From Chiloscyllium plagiosum (lineage: Eukaryota): 64,000 nt of DNA. The stretch covers positions 3,081,824 through 3,145,823 of the forward strand of contig NC_057756.1 of NCBI RefSeq assembly GCF_004010195.1. The letters are read 5' to 3'. Below, in pieces: positions 37,670 to 51,468 of this stretch. The position numbers and the translations under genes were made by a program. The first letter of the stretch is position 1, and each line of letters starts with the position of its first letter. Under the pieces are notes generated by a model. That model did not search any database. It saw nothing but the letters and a program-made list of their open reading frames with translations, and was not told the origin of the DNA.

Positions 37670-40385
37670 GATGCATCATCTTGGTCCTGCCTCTTGTCAA
37701 AACTGGCTTGATCGCCCGACATCCTCTAGAATACATTAGATGGCATTGACCACAAGGGAGCTCCAGCTGCTACAACCTCCGCACTCGATGACATCGCTCC
37801 CACCTACGAGGTCACCTCCTCCGTGAACTCCACCAATAACATCGCTTCAGCTCCCACGGCCGCCATGGAGGTCACTACTGCCGGTGTCACTAAATATGTC
37901 ATATCCACAAATGGTGTGGAACACACTGCCTCCACAAAAGCCACTGACCAGGTGACTGCTGTATTTACTGTCGTTTATATGACTTCTACAAGCACATACC
38001 TACTCTGAAAAAAATGTTTCCACTCCAGCTCAACACTCGGCCCGAGAATGAAGCCCATCCGGTGTTTTCTGTCACCCGAGATCCCCTCCTTACTGAGGAC
38101 GAATGGTTAGTCCTCAACCAGGTGTTGCATCCATTCCACTACCCAACCCCACCCCACCCACAGTTCAATGAATTCTGGACGCACTCACCGCAATGTTGAA
38201 CGTTTTATCCATCATCTCCACTACCATAGTGATCTTTTCGACTGAGACACCCACCTACCCTTCAAACATCTCTTTCCGTACCTTGAACAAAGTCCATCTT
38301 CTTGGAGACCCAATTCCTTCCTGCTTACCCTCCCTCGACCTAATAATTTCAAATTTACACTGTAATCTAGCTCAATTTCTCTACTCCCCCAGCCTCTCCA
38401 ACCTCATCCAGATACAACACAGGGCCCGCCACTCTTCCCACTTCAATCCCAACCTCACCATCAAGCGAGCTGACAATTGAGGCACGGTGGTACCATTGTG
38501 CACTGACCTCTACATCACTGAGGCCAGATGCCAATTTGCTGACACCGCCTCCTGACGTCCCCTCCACCACGATTCTAACTCTCATCATGAAACCATCATC
38601 TGCGAATCCATATGCCACCTGATCACTTCAGGTAATCACCTGTCCACAATCTAATTTTTCTTCAATATCACTCTGCCTGTTTTTTGTCTTCCCCAGATCC
38701 ACAGTCCTGACTGTCCAGTTCACCGTACCCCATCGTACCCCACAAAACTCATGCTTAGTTCTCTCGACTACTTTCCTGTTTCGCTTCGTCCAGGATCTTC
38801 GCACATACATTTGAGATAACACGCAGCCCTCCACCTCCGTTCAACTTTTTGCACTCTGGCCCACATTACCTCATCTTCACCATGGGCATAAAATCTCTCG
38901 ACATGTGCATTCCTCAACAGGCAGTCCTAAAATCCCTATGTTTCTTTCTCTCGAACCGACACAAGCAGTCCCGCTTCACAAACACTCCCATTTGATTGGA
39001 AGAATTGTCATCACCTTCTAGAACTTCTACTTTAAATCCTCCAAATCCCTAGAAACCAAAGGCATAGCAATGGAAAACCACGTTGGTCCCAGTTATGCCA
39101 TCTTTTCGCAGCCTATTTGGAGAAGCTCGACTTCCAGTTTTACTGGAACAAAACCCACTTTTTCTTCGATTCTACATTTATGACTGTATTCGGTTTGCCT
39201 CGTACTCCTACAACGCGCTTCACCAGTTCATCACCTACACTAACACTGTCCAAACTGATCTCAGATTTACCTGAACTGTCTCCAAAACCTCCCTCTTATT
39301 CCTTGAACTCTTAGCCTCCATCTCTGGCGACAGACGCAACATTAACATTTGTTTCAGACCCACAAACTCTTGCAGCTAAGTGTCTAAATCCTGTCACAAA
39401 TTCTTCTTTAAAAGAAAAACGTGACCACTTCCTGCCAATTCATCCGCTGATGATGTAACTGCTCCTGGGATGAGCGATTTCAATCAAAGACATCCCAAGA
39501 AAATAGTACTCTCTCGACCCATCATCAACCATGCCCTTAATTGAATTATATCCATTTCCTGCACCTCCACCCACGAAAGACACCCACTCCCTCACAACCC
39601 ACCCCAGCCACAAAAAAAGATAGGAATCTGTGGATTTCACTTTGCATCCAAGTAATCTCGAAATCCAGAGCATCATGCTTCAGCATTTCTGTCGCCTACT
39701 AGAAAAAAAAATTTCCTTCCCCACCCCTAATTGCATTTTCAGGGACCATATCTTGTGCAACTTCCTCATTCGATCCAAGCTTGCAGCAACTCCGTCTCCA
39801 TAGTTGGCACTTCCCACTGCCGCCTGAATATGTGCAAACGTTGTGCCGATAACTTCGCCCTCACCTCTGCCAAGGTCTTATAGGATCTTTGCAAATCCAT
39901 CAGAGATTTGCTTGCATATACGTGAACCCCATTTACTAAATTCATTTTTCTCTATGTGATGCCCTCTGTATTGGAGCATCCTCGCTCAAACCCGCAGAAC
40001 TGTTCTGGGAACATCTCTGTGTGCAAGCATCAACCAAATCCACCTACCAGTGCCTAATTATTTCAAGATCGCCTCCCACTTTCCGATGACATGAGCATTC
40101 AGGACCGTCTCCATTGCTTAAAAAAGACCACACACAAATTAGAGTAACAACAGCTCATCTTCAGTGGCAGGGGCCCACAGCCATATAGCCTTAACACTGA
40201 ATTTAACAGTTTTCAAACCTTCCCACAACCCACCCCATATCAAATCCAACCTTCTGACTCAGTACTGCACTCTTAACCTCACCCAACTGTCCACCTTCCT
40301 TCAACACACCGGCTCTCCCCTTTCCACTGAACTATCATAAACAATTCCATCTGATACCAAGTATAGCTATCCAACCTACCTTTCC
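37670..40385 (+). mobile_element. Long degenerate Penelope-like element
   Basis: LTIKRAD, GIAMENHVGPSYA, FLRFYIYDCIRFAS (RT) and a degenerate GIY-YIG region near 39.9-40.0 kb. Confidence 0.8.
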
Positions 40386-41559
40386 TCCATATACATTAGG
40401 CACATTTAAACGACTCATGGATAAGCACAAAGATGGTAGTAAAAGAGTATGTAGATTTGTTTGATGTTGAAGTGGGCTAAAATGTCGACACTGCACTAAG
40501 TGCCGAAAGCTGTATACTATACTGTTCTATCTCCTATGTTCCATGACCTGAATTCCTTCTTACATTGAACCTCACCCGGCTATTAAACTTCAATATTACA
40601 ATTTATGTGTCTTTTGACTGTAATTCAACATTTTACATTGTTCCCAATTTTTGTTTTGCGTTACTAAAATTCAGAGAACTTGCACTGTTTTAAGCTGTGT
40701 TAAAATGATGTAGTTTGCCTCCATTTTTAAAATTATGTCAGGGAACTGTGTGAACAAGTGTGACTCTATGTTTCTCGAGAATAACTGAGCACATCTTAAT
40801 AAGAAAACTATCGTGGCATTGAAAGCATTAAGAGATTAGTGACAATTTGCAAAGCATTGACGCGGCACAATGAAGTCTGCCCAAAGTGTTTACATTCTTT
40901 TATAGCTGAGACAATGTTCCATATTAGTTTAGAGAACACATTTATTAACTGTCAGAGTATTAGGTAAATGATTGTTGATTTTGAGGTGATGCATTTCTTC
41001 ATTCAGAGATTGTTCATGAAAAGTTGTTGTGAGTTAATGACAGCTTGACAATGTTGAATTATTGAGCGTATTCAAATTTGTGAAGAATGATTGACCGAAG
41101 TTAGCTTATTAAAAACAAAAATGGCAGTGGTGAAAAAGTCAGTTAGTGGTACCCCAATATTCTTATGGCTGCACGTTTATGGAATAGAACAGAAAGCTCT
41201 GGCAGAAACGTGAGGACAGAACAGATCTTGTGATATTATTTTAACAATCTGAAGCTGTAATATGAGTCACGGAGATCAAATTAGATAATCAACCAAAGTA
41301 CATATATCCAATACATTCTAAGCAATATAAGATATGCCCTTAGCAATACGAAATAAGATCAGACCAATTCTGCGTTATACTGCATACAAGGCAATTTGCA
41401 ACAAATTCAGCTGCCAGGCAAATACCCATATTCCTATGTTCTGTTGAAATTCAGAAACGAATCGTGCATGGTGTCTGAGTGAGATGTGGAGCATTAAAAT
41501 CATTTGTGAAGCTAAATTTGATGTGAATTAGTGTTTTCATAATGTCCACAGAAGCGGGG

Positions 41560-41608
41560 GTTGTGGTGTGGTGGTGGTGGTGGTGGTGGTGTGTGCGGGG
41601 GTGGTGGA
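41560..41608 (+). repeat. (GGT)n low-complexity tract
   Basis: Directly visible. Confidence 0.9.
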
Positions 41609-41847
41609 CGGCGATATTGTTACTTATAAACGTGCTAACGTATGAAATGTTGCTGCAATTTTCTATCTGAAGAGACAGATAGCTCAATATATGAAAGTCA
41701 TTTGCACGCACGAATTGGAAAATCATTGTTTATTCCACATGAATCTCAGGTAGTAGACCTGTGATGGACAATTTGGCAAAACTAAACAAACAGTGATTGT
41801 TGATCATAAAAATAGAAGATGACTGGTCTATATAAAGGTGATCTCAC

Positions 41848-42180
41848 ACGTTTCATGCGCGCAAATTCAAAGTGACAACAGACGATTTATCACTTGGAAA
41901 ACTGAATCAATGAGAGAAATCGTATATATCTCCTTCACATATTAACCATTCTGCAGAAAATAGGCAATACTTCAGAAGAAGATACTTCTCGAAGAAGTAG
42001 ATAATTTCCAAGCTGCTTCTATGCCCACTGAATAGACAAAAATACTGCAGGAAAACAACAATCTTTTGCAGGTCACACGCCCATAATCCCACCCACCATA
42101 CACACTCATGCTCCCACACAATGTCGAGCAATAAGAACAAATCCAATCATGTTAAATGCCTTTTCTTCTGAAAGTGTTAC
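41848..42180 (-). pseudogene. GREB1-like exon (glycosyltransferase-like core region)
   Basis: KGI*HDW / ECVWW / RSSLEIIYFFE..KYCLFSAEW..DFSH*..VVTLNL vs GREB1 LGIKPQDIW..SCVMW..VSLKHIMQHIE..HYALLGLRKW..PFSRC..FIILNV. Donor gtgaga. Confidence 0.75.
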
Positions 42181-42323
42181 CTTCAATGCACACAGAAATA
42201 CGCAAGTTAAGAAGTACAATTGAAAAAGAAGGTAAATATTATGATCAATTTTTACTATTTTCATGGCTGAACTTGAAATATTTTGGACAAAATATAATAA
42301 GATATTTGCTTGGCTCTCTGTTG

Positions 42324-42942
42324 ATTTGATTATTCTACTAGTTGGAGTGATCATGACGTCATTTTCTATCCTTTGACTAATTTGCAACAATATAACTATG
42401 ACTCTAATTTTCCGCTTAGTCACTTATACCTGTTGCTCATAAAACTCTCAACGGTATATTGTTTCATGATTTCAGAATATCACAGTCACAAGAGTTTACG
42501 TTGTCCTGGGTAACAATGTACATGAAGAGTATAAACACAAAAGAAAAGAATTGACAGAAATTGATAACTTATTTCCATAGGTTATTAGAAGAATAATTTC
42601 AAACTTTTACCTCATATTTGATGGAAGGTGGTTCGGCAAATTATCACTGTTTTGCTAAGAAAGTATTAGAGCTGTCAACAACATTCCAGATTGACATAAT
42701 TATGGACATGTCACATTATTCAATGCGAACAGCCACGTGTGCATCCGAGATCAGTTAATCTGAGAATACATTGAAGTCAGATGCATAGTTTTTAATAGTC
42801 CATGATAAAGAGATTTTCAGTTTTGTTCTCATCATGCAACCAACTATTTGATTATTCTACCAGTTGGAGTGATCATGACGTCATTTTATATCCTTTGACT
42901 AATTTGCAAAAATATAACTATGACTCTAATTTTCTGCTTAGT
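42324..42942 (+). repeat. 97-bp dispersed direct repeat (42324-42420 and 42846-42942)
   Basis: Four mismatches by direct comparison; 522-bp offset. Confidence 0.9.
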
Positions 42943-43404
42943 ACCTGACAAGTTCATTGACATCGACGGTGAGCATTATTTTTCTGTCTGATTCGTCTGA
43001 TGTACAAACACTTTCTGTTTTGCAATCCATCAACAATTGCAACAAGAAAAATGCTACAGTCAGCTTGGGGAAAGTAATTATATTGAGTAGGAAGACAAAA
43101 ATACAGCAGTTGCAAGTAAAACTCTCGCACTGTGTTCACTTCTTGTGAGTTCCGTTTCCAGTTTGTTACTCAAAGATAGTTAGATGTATTTACTGATATA
43201 TCTGCTGCATTCACTAGTAAATCTGCAAATGCAAAATTCTATCAAGTGTCTACTGTCTCGAGTATGTTTGCAAGAGTAAACAGAAACAGGAAATGCATGT
43301 GCAAACTGAGCAGGCACAAGATGATTTATAGTTGTTTTTTTTTAACTATAGCGTATTGTATGGACTTATCTTCTATTATTCTATACAGTTGACACTATTT
43401 TTAC

Positions 43405-43633
43405 ACAATGACATTTTTTTGCTGAGGATATTGAAAAACCTCAGGAAGTTAACTGGAAAACACTCTGGAAGTAATTCAATATAAGAAAGATGAGTAACTG
43501 AGAGAGTCAATAAAATTTTCAGGTACTTTGAAATTTCTCGGAATATGATCAATAATATGCTATGCAGATGACGAAATTCTATGGCGGCAGGGATAAGGAG
43601 AAAATAATTCATCTTTTCCAAATATAAAGACTT
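43405..43633 (-). pseudogene. GREB1-like exon
   Basis: Open frame: RHLHSILLIIFREISKYLK..LLPECF..SKKMSL vs GREB1 SHLHVLVVKEYEMAIYKK..VLPSIF..IKELSY. Acceptor ctttgcag. Confidence 0.75.
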
Positions 43634-43989
43634 CTGCAAAGGATGAGGCAGTTTGGAAATTGCGAAAAGAAAATTTAACATTTAAATAGCAAAAAAAAAA
43701 AAATCAGGCTAACATTTTGCATTCCAACAAACCAGAGTTAAATAGAAAGAAATAGTGACTTGGCAAAATAGCATAATTACATAAATTGGATGTTGCTATG
43801 CACATCAACTTCAAATTCTAACAAACATTTCAATATTTAATATGTGAGCCAAATTAGATTCAACATTCAAAAGTGTATGTAAATTTCACAAACTCAAGAG
43901 ATGAATTTTCGCATCTTGCCTTCATTTCTGCTTGCAATGCAATAGAAAAAAGTTGTCAAACGTGAAAGCGTTCAGGAAAGATTTGCAAT

Positions 43990-44510
43990 GTTTTTTTTTC
44001 TAGGAATGGAGGGATTCTGCTAAAGGGAGAGGTTGTATAATATGGGGCTTCGAGTTTGAAGGGAGGCCTTATAAAATTTTATGAAATCATGTATGACATG
44101 TGCAGAGGAACCTCACTTATGCAAAGAACACGGGCGAGGAATTATTTGTTCAGATCATTGAATGCCGTATAATTTAATTCCCTCTGTATAGGTTGAATAT
44201 ACAGAGGGGTGTAGGGGAGCACAAAACCCCTAGGAGAGCATAGGTTGAAGTTGAGCGAAGAAATGCTTTAAAGAACTTGGGCGGGAACTTGTTCACGCAG
44301 TGTTGGTGATCGTATGGAAGAAGCTGCCAGGGAATGTGGCGGAGGCATTTACAAATAATTAAAAAAACCTCTGGATGTCAACGTGAATTGGGAAGTGCTA
44401 TTGGGACAAAGACAAAATGCTGGAAAATGACTCTAGGTCAGTTTATGATATCCAGTCAGCGCAGACGAGATAGACTGAATGGATAGTTTCTGTGCAGTGC
44501 AACGAAGACT
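43990..44510 (+). mobile_element. CR1-type 3' fragment
   Basis: Similar to the tail at 62.9-63.3 kb. Confidence 0.65.
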
Positions 44511-44562
44511 CAAAAACAAATAACATCTGATTATCAATGAGAAGAATTCAATTCGGCCTGGC

Positions 44563-44637
44563 CTTTTGGATACGTGATTTGCCTGGGTCTGCTCCTTTTC
44601 CAGAAGGCAGAATGGAGCCTTTGAAATTTAGATGCTC
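44563..44637 (-). pseudogene. GREB1-like small exon
   Basis: EHLNFKGSILPSGK (GREB1 EIQLHFIIPKSK). The in-frame acceptor reads CAA rather than CAG; donor uncertain. Confidence 0.5.
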
Positions 44638-44924
44638 TTGAAACGTAAAAACAACCAATCTACTGTAACAATATGTGAACAAATATCCGTAATGCACATT
44701 ATAGACTTGGTTAAAATAATTCGCAAACAAATTAAGATACATTCAATGATAGGATTATTGAAGTAGCAGATAAACTGCAAAGCAATCCATGTCTCTTAAT
44801 TCGATGAAAAACGTAAGATTAAAGTAAAATTGTATTGGTTGCTTGGAAAAAAAAACCAGAAAGAACAAAACATTTAATTAAACTGAGCATTGAATTTTTG
44901 TTGCCAGAAAACATTTTCACTTAC

Positions 44925-45166
44925 TTGAACCAAATATAGGAACGCTATTTCAGCTGAAAACATGGAAGGAATGTGGAATGCAGAAGAGCAATTATATTCG
45001 TTGTGATAAATGTTGTGAAGTTTTGTTTCAAACGATTCAGACATTCGCGTGACCTTTTTTGGAGAATTCTGCATGCAAGTATAACATTGATCTAAATTGA
45101 GAAACGATCCATCATTCTTCTTCCCGACAATGTATTTTGAAGGTCAGGGTACGAGAAGATATATAC
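44925..45166 (-). pseudogene. GREB1-like exon
   Basis: KKVTRM...HNIYHNEYNC...IAFLY vs GREB1 RQTARM...YNTYHHCEQC...FAFSY. Acceptor catgcag, donor gtaagt. Confidence 0.8.
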
Positions 45167-45933
45167 CTGCATGTTTGAAAATGAACAGAACAAGAAAACA
45201 TGATAGAGAAGAACACTTGATCCTTCTGGTTATTGGAATCATATATATGTATTAAATATAATATTACATCTTCTAGTCTTCGAATTGGAATTTAAAACAA
45301 TGAGAGATGTATTTAATGGAAGATAAGGAGACAACGCTATTTTGTTTTATCCACCTAAAGTGGTGGTGGAGTCCAGACCTTTCTTTGATAGGTGAGATTC
45401 ATATGTTCATGGGCGATGCAACTTGTTTTGAGGGCACTAATACCTTGAAGATATAATCGTATGCACGACTGCCAACACATGCTCTTCTTTTGATACTTGA
45501 TTTCATACCTTTCTCAAATGAAGTCAGGATTTTGTGAGGAATCGACAAACGCAAACATGGTTTGCCAAGATAAATTACTTTAAAAATGTGTAAGCTGAGA
45601 ACAATGTAAATGATACGCTGATGGTAGTTTCATTTTCAAATGAAGGACGAACATTTCAAGGTTATAAGAATGGAACGAATAAAGAAAACGATGCATGGTG
45701 CAGTTGGTGCCTGCATCTTCCTAATCCGCCTTCAAGCAAGTTTTCAACAGATGAACTCGAGTTGGCGCATAATTCACCTTAGACTAGTTGAATTACATTA
45801 AAGAGCAATCAATATCCATGGAAATCTTAACGAATTGTTGAATACTAAATTGGCAAAGAAAATTCTCATCTAATTTGGATCTTCACTCCCATAGTGAGAA
45901 GAAATGTCTCCATCATTGGCAGATCTGACTCAT

Positions 45934-46081
45934 GACCAATGGCAATCCCCAACAGGCACCTCATAAGATGCATTGATTTTAACCAATCCCTGGAAAATGC
46001 ATAGATCTGTTTCATCAGGCTCAACCAATTCTGACCATCGGAAATGAAGAGAGATTAAACACTGTTGCACTTCTTTATGTT
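45934..46081 (-). pseudogene. GREB1-like exon
   Basis: LVEPDETDLCIFQGL...YE...CHW vs GREB1 LSDPWPDLELFKKL...YE...CSHY. Acceptor ccttccag; the putative donor reads atgagt. Confidence 0.75.
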
Positions 46082-48039
46082 CTGGAAGGAGACAATTTTT
46101 AACAGAGATTTGTCTCACGCACACTTCAATAAACACTATGACATGTATGTGATTATTGAGTACGAATATTTTGCGCAGGCTTATGAAAGGATAAGTAATG
46201 ACCAGCTGCAGCGTTAATGTAGTCGGTAAAGCAAAGAAAAGTCATTAATGGAAATTGGAAAAAATAACTCTTTAACGTTGTTCGACCGGGTATTGTTTGC
46301 CATGCATCGTCTGAAACTGAGTGGATAGGCAAATTTCAATACACAGTGTGCATTAAAAAACGAAATGCAAAAATATTCATAGCTGAGGTGAAATGGAATT
46401 TACAGGGATGTGACTTTTCATTGTTTGTTTTCAATGAAGTGGATGTCAGCCCATTTACTCGAAATGCAGACTTCCTTGCCATGGCAAATCTGTTCTTTTC
46501 CGAGTTTGGCTGTTTTTCATTTGATAACTGATAACTATCGAAGTACATTTAAATTATTCCAGTAGGTGGGTATTGCTTATTAACTTCCAATGCATTCATC
46601 ACTTAAAGAAAAGCAAAATTCATCTGACTGGACTATTGGTCCAGATACATTTACTGGAATACTAATAATATTCATGATACCAGGATTTGCAGGTTTTTGG
46701 CATTTCGAATTACAACAATGAAAACTTGACAGAGTACATGCAGCATGGCGCTAATATTCCTCAGTTGAATTATTGCCGTTTTTACTCTTATCACATTACC
46801 GTGTTACCTTTTGGATAGAGAATTGTGTTTTAAAGAACATATATAACAAGTAATACAGCAGAAAAGTTCGTCATAAAATGCAAAAGTTATCCTGAAGTCT
46901 TGACTGAAAAGGAACATCGATTTTTTTTTGTTAAAATTATACTAATTTACACCACCAAGATTGTTGTTCTCCTTTGGCAGATCTGAATGAAACAAAGAAG
47001 GCTCTACGGGAAGCAGGTGGGCCAATAATAGTAGTGGTGGTATGTATTTCCAAACAAAGTAACATTTATTTTTAACGTTACATTAGCAATGCAGAAGTTT
47101 TATTTTATCATTAGTTTGGGCTACTGAGCACTGCAAAATATCCTGCCTTCGTGTATGCATTGCCCCAGTGATATAGTAGGAAATGTTGGAGAAGGATGGA
47201 ACTGGGAATTTTGTGACTTCAAGTTATTCAGGTAAACAGGATTCAACCCAATCTTTATATTGAATTAGTATTCACACTTTTAACTGTTACATGTCGGATA
47301 AAAATGAAGGAAAGTGGTATAAAATCCTTTACACAGCTAAGTGTAGTGATAAACGTGGTGTTGCACTTATTAGGAATGTTGGCATGCATGAAAGATGAAA
47401 TTTTCTACTGTAATGTTTTACAATCAACAGATGAAATTTGTTCAAAATATGACGACTATTTAATGAATAATGCCATTCATTCTGAAAGCTCATATGGGGC
47501 TAAATAAATATGTCTGAACGAGAAAATCAGTACTGACTATCAAACCTTTTGAGGGCATTTGTTTTACTGTAGAGCTCATTCCTTATTTCTGCCCTTATGA
47601 TGCACTTGGATGCCTTGTGTTCATTGGTTGACTAAGTTAATGTTGTATTTTGCAAACAAAAGAGAATTCCAAAACGAAATTTACCTGAATGGAACATTTC
47701 TTTATTTTGGAACATTGGTTATAGTATAGTCATCATTAGCAATCATGCGTAATATGAGACATCTGTACAGCTGAGTGTAAGATGAGAGAGTGCGATCTTT
47801 CTTGCATATTAAGTCTCCACTTCAGGTGTTGCTTCAACTTTGAAGTGAAAATTACAAAAAATGATGATATCAGATATTGTTGATGCAAACTTTGTTGAAA
47901 CTTAAATTTGCAGAAGAGAAGTTGGAGTTGTGCCAAAAAGGTGAATTAAAACAAATAAAACCTGTTCTATTATTAATAATAAATATATTATTTTCGTGTC
48001 CATGTGAGGGCAGGAAAGATTAAAGTGACGATTGATGTT

Positions 48040-48370
48040 TGGAGAACTCAGAGATACTAGAATCACTACCACGACATTTGGCCAATCTAGATGGCCATGA
48101 CCCTTTAAATACATTCCCAGACTATCACAATTAACTATTCAATATAGTTAATACACCTTGCCGATACATCCTCAAACAGTTTCATGGCACGTTTTCAATG
48201 AGAAGTCCACATTACCTGCACATTTTTCGACATTGGAAGGAAACCGGTGCATCGAGATACTGTGAAAATATGTAAATTTCGCGCAGATGGTCATCCAAGG
48301 CTGGACTCAAACGTGAATCCCTCGTGCTGTCAAGCAAGAATGCTTACCGCTGTGCCAATGTGCCGCCCAC
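48040..48370 (-). mobile_element. V-SINE/HE1-type SINE
   Basis: ...ggaaggaaaccggtgca...ccaaggctggactcaaacgtgaatccctcgtgctgt...accgctgtgcca. Confidence 0.65.
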
Positions 48371-48945
48371 TCAATACAAATTAATAGTCTGTCTGAAGAA
48401 ACAAATAAAATCATTTCCAGAACAATTGCAATCTCTTCACTGATTTTTTTTTCATACTATGAGAAGAACATGAAGAGACTTCATTTTAATGGGAAAAAAA
48501 TCGTCACTGTACCAGAGGACTGCACTCGAGGCGATTGGCCGTCGTTTAACCTGTGGGTTTTCCTAACCTCAACCAGAATGGGAATTGAAAAGAAAAATCT
48601 GTTGTTCTCCCTTGGAGCTGCAGTTGTAGTCGAGTGACACATAATGGCTTCAGTTTTTAAGCACAAGATGGCTGATTGACTGATTTTCACATCCTAATTA
48701 GAAGAGAATTTAAAAAGCCTGTTTCAGCATTGAAGTGAAATAAAAGTTCCTTTAAGAAGAAGATATTTCGAGGCAAAAGGTAGCATTGCCTGAACAAGTT
48801 AAAAGCAATGAGAAAAAGTGATTTACAACGAAATATTCGAAGATCTATCAAAGAAAACACACGGATAAATTTATGAAATTGTAGCTTCTTAAAATGGAAC
48901 TTGGATGAATCATGGTACGACGACAATATTGAATTCCAGACTCAC

Positions 48946-48958
48946 TTAGGAAATGATA
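48946..48958 (-). pseudogene. Candidate 13-nt micro-exon of the GREB1-like gene
   Basis: cag|TATCATTTCCTAA|gtgagt converts phase 0 to phase 1, exactly as the flanking exons require. Confidence 0.45.
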
Positions 48959-49934
48959 CTGTTTCATTGAGCGAATAACATTACATAAGCATCGTGTAGC
49001 CATAAAAAAAAGTTAAAGTCATTTCGCACAAATCATCTATTACATCGAATCTATATACAATATTAAGAACATTGTTCTCATCAAAGATTCTTCAAATAAT
49101 CAGAGAGACAAATTTCAAAGCAGTTGTAGGCACCCATAAATAACCAAATAAAGAAAGCCCAAAGAGATAACATTAAAGAGCTACATATCATGTCGTGTCT
49201 CGTTAGGTAGAGGTAGTTACCCGTAGAAGTATTTTCACACTTCTATAATGGAAACTAATATTATCACGAACATTTTGTATAAGAGAGATCCAGTTTCTTA
49301 CAGATGGCAAATGGGATACAATAAGTCTGAGCCTTAAATTAAGGGAATTATTATGTTCTCAATTTGGAGATATTTTCAGGGGTGATCTTTGACCCGCACC
49401 CTGCATTAACTGGTTGATGCTTGAGCAATAGTCTGCCACGGGACTGCATCCTGTCTGTCTCCGGAGTCCTTGTCCATGTTACGCTTCTACAGTATTGGAA
49501 ATCCGCTTTCTAGACTGTTCTAACTGTTTCTTTCAGTGTTGGGTGCACAAAATGCTTTTTTTTAGTTTGAAGCAATTTCAGTACAAAATAAAATAACTAA
49601 TAGGATTTTCGTTAGAGCTGGAGAACGCGATTGATTTTCGTCACCAATCACAGCTCCCCTCCACACCCAACCCCCATGTCCTCACAAATTGGGATCATGC
49701 CTCACGACAGTAGATTTTCAGCAATGCTTCAAAATAATTCATAATACTTTCTAAAACCAGAAAACAGCAGAAATCCACAGTTATTCTCAGGCTTTGGATT
49801 ACTAAACTTCAACAGTCATTTATGAATGATTGTTGAATTCACATTACATACGTCAACAACTTTTTTTAAAAAAATCATTCCTGTGATCTTAGAGAAGATC
49901 AAACACAAGAAATGATGAAATCAAATACACTCAC

Positions 49935-50084
49935 GAAATTAATGCTGCTGCGGTACAACCTTTCATCTCCACAAAAGAATGAGAGATGTGTTCTGGAGCT
50001 CAGCACGCTAACAACAAAAAAGCCATGTACAATTGCAATAGTGGCCTGTCTATGATACTGTAACATGCCTCGAATTTTTAAATT
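49935..50084 (-). pseudogene. GREB1-like exon (P-loop-equivalent region)
   Basis: 150 nt, open. NLKIRGMLQ...VSVLSSR...LYRSSINF vs GREB1 RLLLSGPPQ...LSVLSR...VYDEEEINI. Boundaries gtgccag / gtgagt. Confidence 0.8.
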
Positions 50085-50319
50085 CTGGCACAAGGACAAG
50101 AAACATTTTCAACATACTGGAGAAAAATTGATGAAACACATTTCATCAAATTTTGAAATTGAAATGGTACAATCTTTCAGCAAACAGACAGTGAGCATTA
50201 TTTTTATGCTCAAAATTGGTTGATAATGTTGGCAATATGATTCCCTTCTTATCAGATCACTCTCATTTGTTTCCAATGTTGAAACATATTTAAAAGGGAC
50301 TAAGGGTCCACTTCTCTTT

Positions 50320-50535
50320 TATACAGAGAGTGGGGCGTGTATGGAATGAGCTGCCAGAAGAAGTCGTGAAAGCTTGAACAATTACAGCATTTAAATATTC
50401 TGGATAACTGTATGAATAGGAATTGTTGAGGAGACTATGGGCCAAATATTGGCAACTAGAACTAGATTACTTTAAGATATATGGTCGGCATGGATGAGTT
50501 GGATGAAATGGTTCGCTTCCATCCTGTACAGCTAT
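50320..50535 (+). mobile_element. CR1 3' end
   Basis: cagagagtgg...tggaatgagctgccagaag...ggtcggcatggatgagttgg. Confidence 0.75.
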
Positions 50536-50821
50536 ATTAATCAAAGAATGTACATATTAAAAAAAAAGGCAGGGAAAGTCGGGGGATGAAAATGGAAATG
50601 GCTTTACATAAATGCAGCATTTGAAAACCCTCCAGTCAAATTAAAGTCATTGGAAAAGAACGAGTAACAGCTTAGTCTTCAAAGGTATAAACATCATTTT
50701 ACAGCACTGGACGTTTCATTTCTGTCTGATGTCAGAGTCTGTCCATGTCGATTTAAAGGACATATTTGACAAACGTTTGGCAGAAGTACTTGTCAAGCAG
50801 TCAGCAATCGTTATGCCTTAC

Positions 50822-50935
50822 ATGGAAAATCTCCAAAAACAGGGTATTTACGTTTTGTCACGATATCAATAGTACTATTGGAGAATTTCCAGTTGACAGT
50901 ACTTCATTGATAAGCATTAACCAAAACCTGACTGA
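50822..50935 (-). pseudogene. GREB1-like exon
   Basis: 114 nt. FWLMLINEVLSTGNS...IFH vs GREB1 FRPLLSKTMTSTEQS...GFH; one stop. Boundaries attgcag / gtaagg. Confidence 0.7.
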
Positions 50936-51468
50936 CTGCAATACAAAATGCGGACTGCTCAAGACTTTCAATTGTGTTGCATATCACAAGATGCTTCATG
51001 TGAGAAATCATGTGCGAATAAAACACAAGTTCGGATGCTGCCCTATTATTTTCCTACGATATTGAATTGAAAATGTGCTGCCATCCACTTGATTTCTGGA
51101 TGAATATTCTGATAGTCCGTGAATGAATACACTATGGTACAGCGATAGACGATGAAATGTTGGATACAAAGTAAATTTCGTCAAGGAAATTTCAGAAGTT
51201 TACCTAATGTTGGCCGAATAGGTATTACAATCCTCACGTGAAAAAAAAAGTGCTGGATACCATTGCAGAAATTTGTTTGAAGTTTTCCTCGATCAATTTA
51301 TCTCCATATGTTTCAATTATGCGAACTAATGCACCAGGAAATCCAAACTGATAGTTACTTTTTTATTTATATTCTGACTCAGAATTTAATGTTGGCCAAA
51401 ATTCAGATGTTTTCGAAGAACTCGTGGGGCTTGCATCACCACAGGTGATAACATTTGAATTGACTTAC

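Noticed and set aside
41451..41726. ORF with a poly-histidine tract
   Set aside because: It is the translation of the (GGT)n microsatellite.
42324..42942. MITPTGR in the duplicated 97-mer as a homolog of GREB1 TPTTGR
   Set aside because: It is out of order relative to the neighbouring exons, which already join in phase without it.
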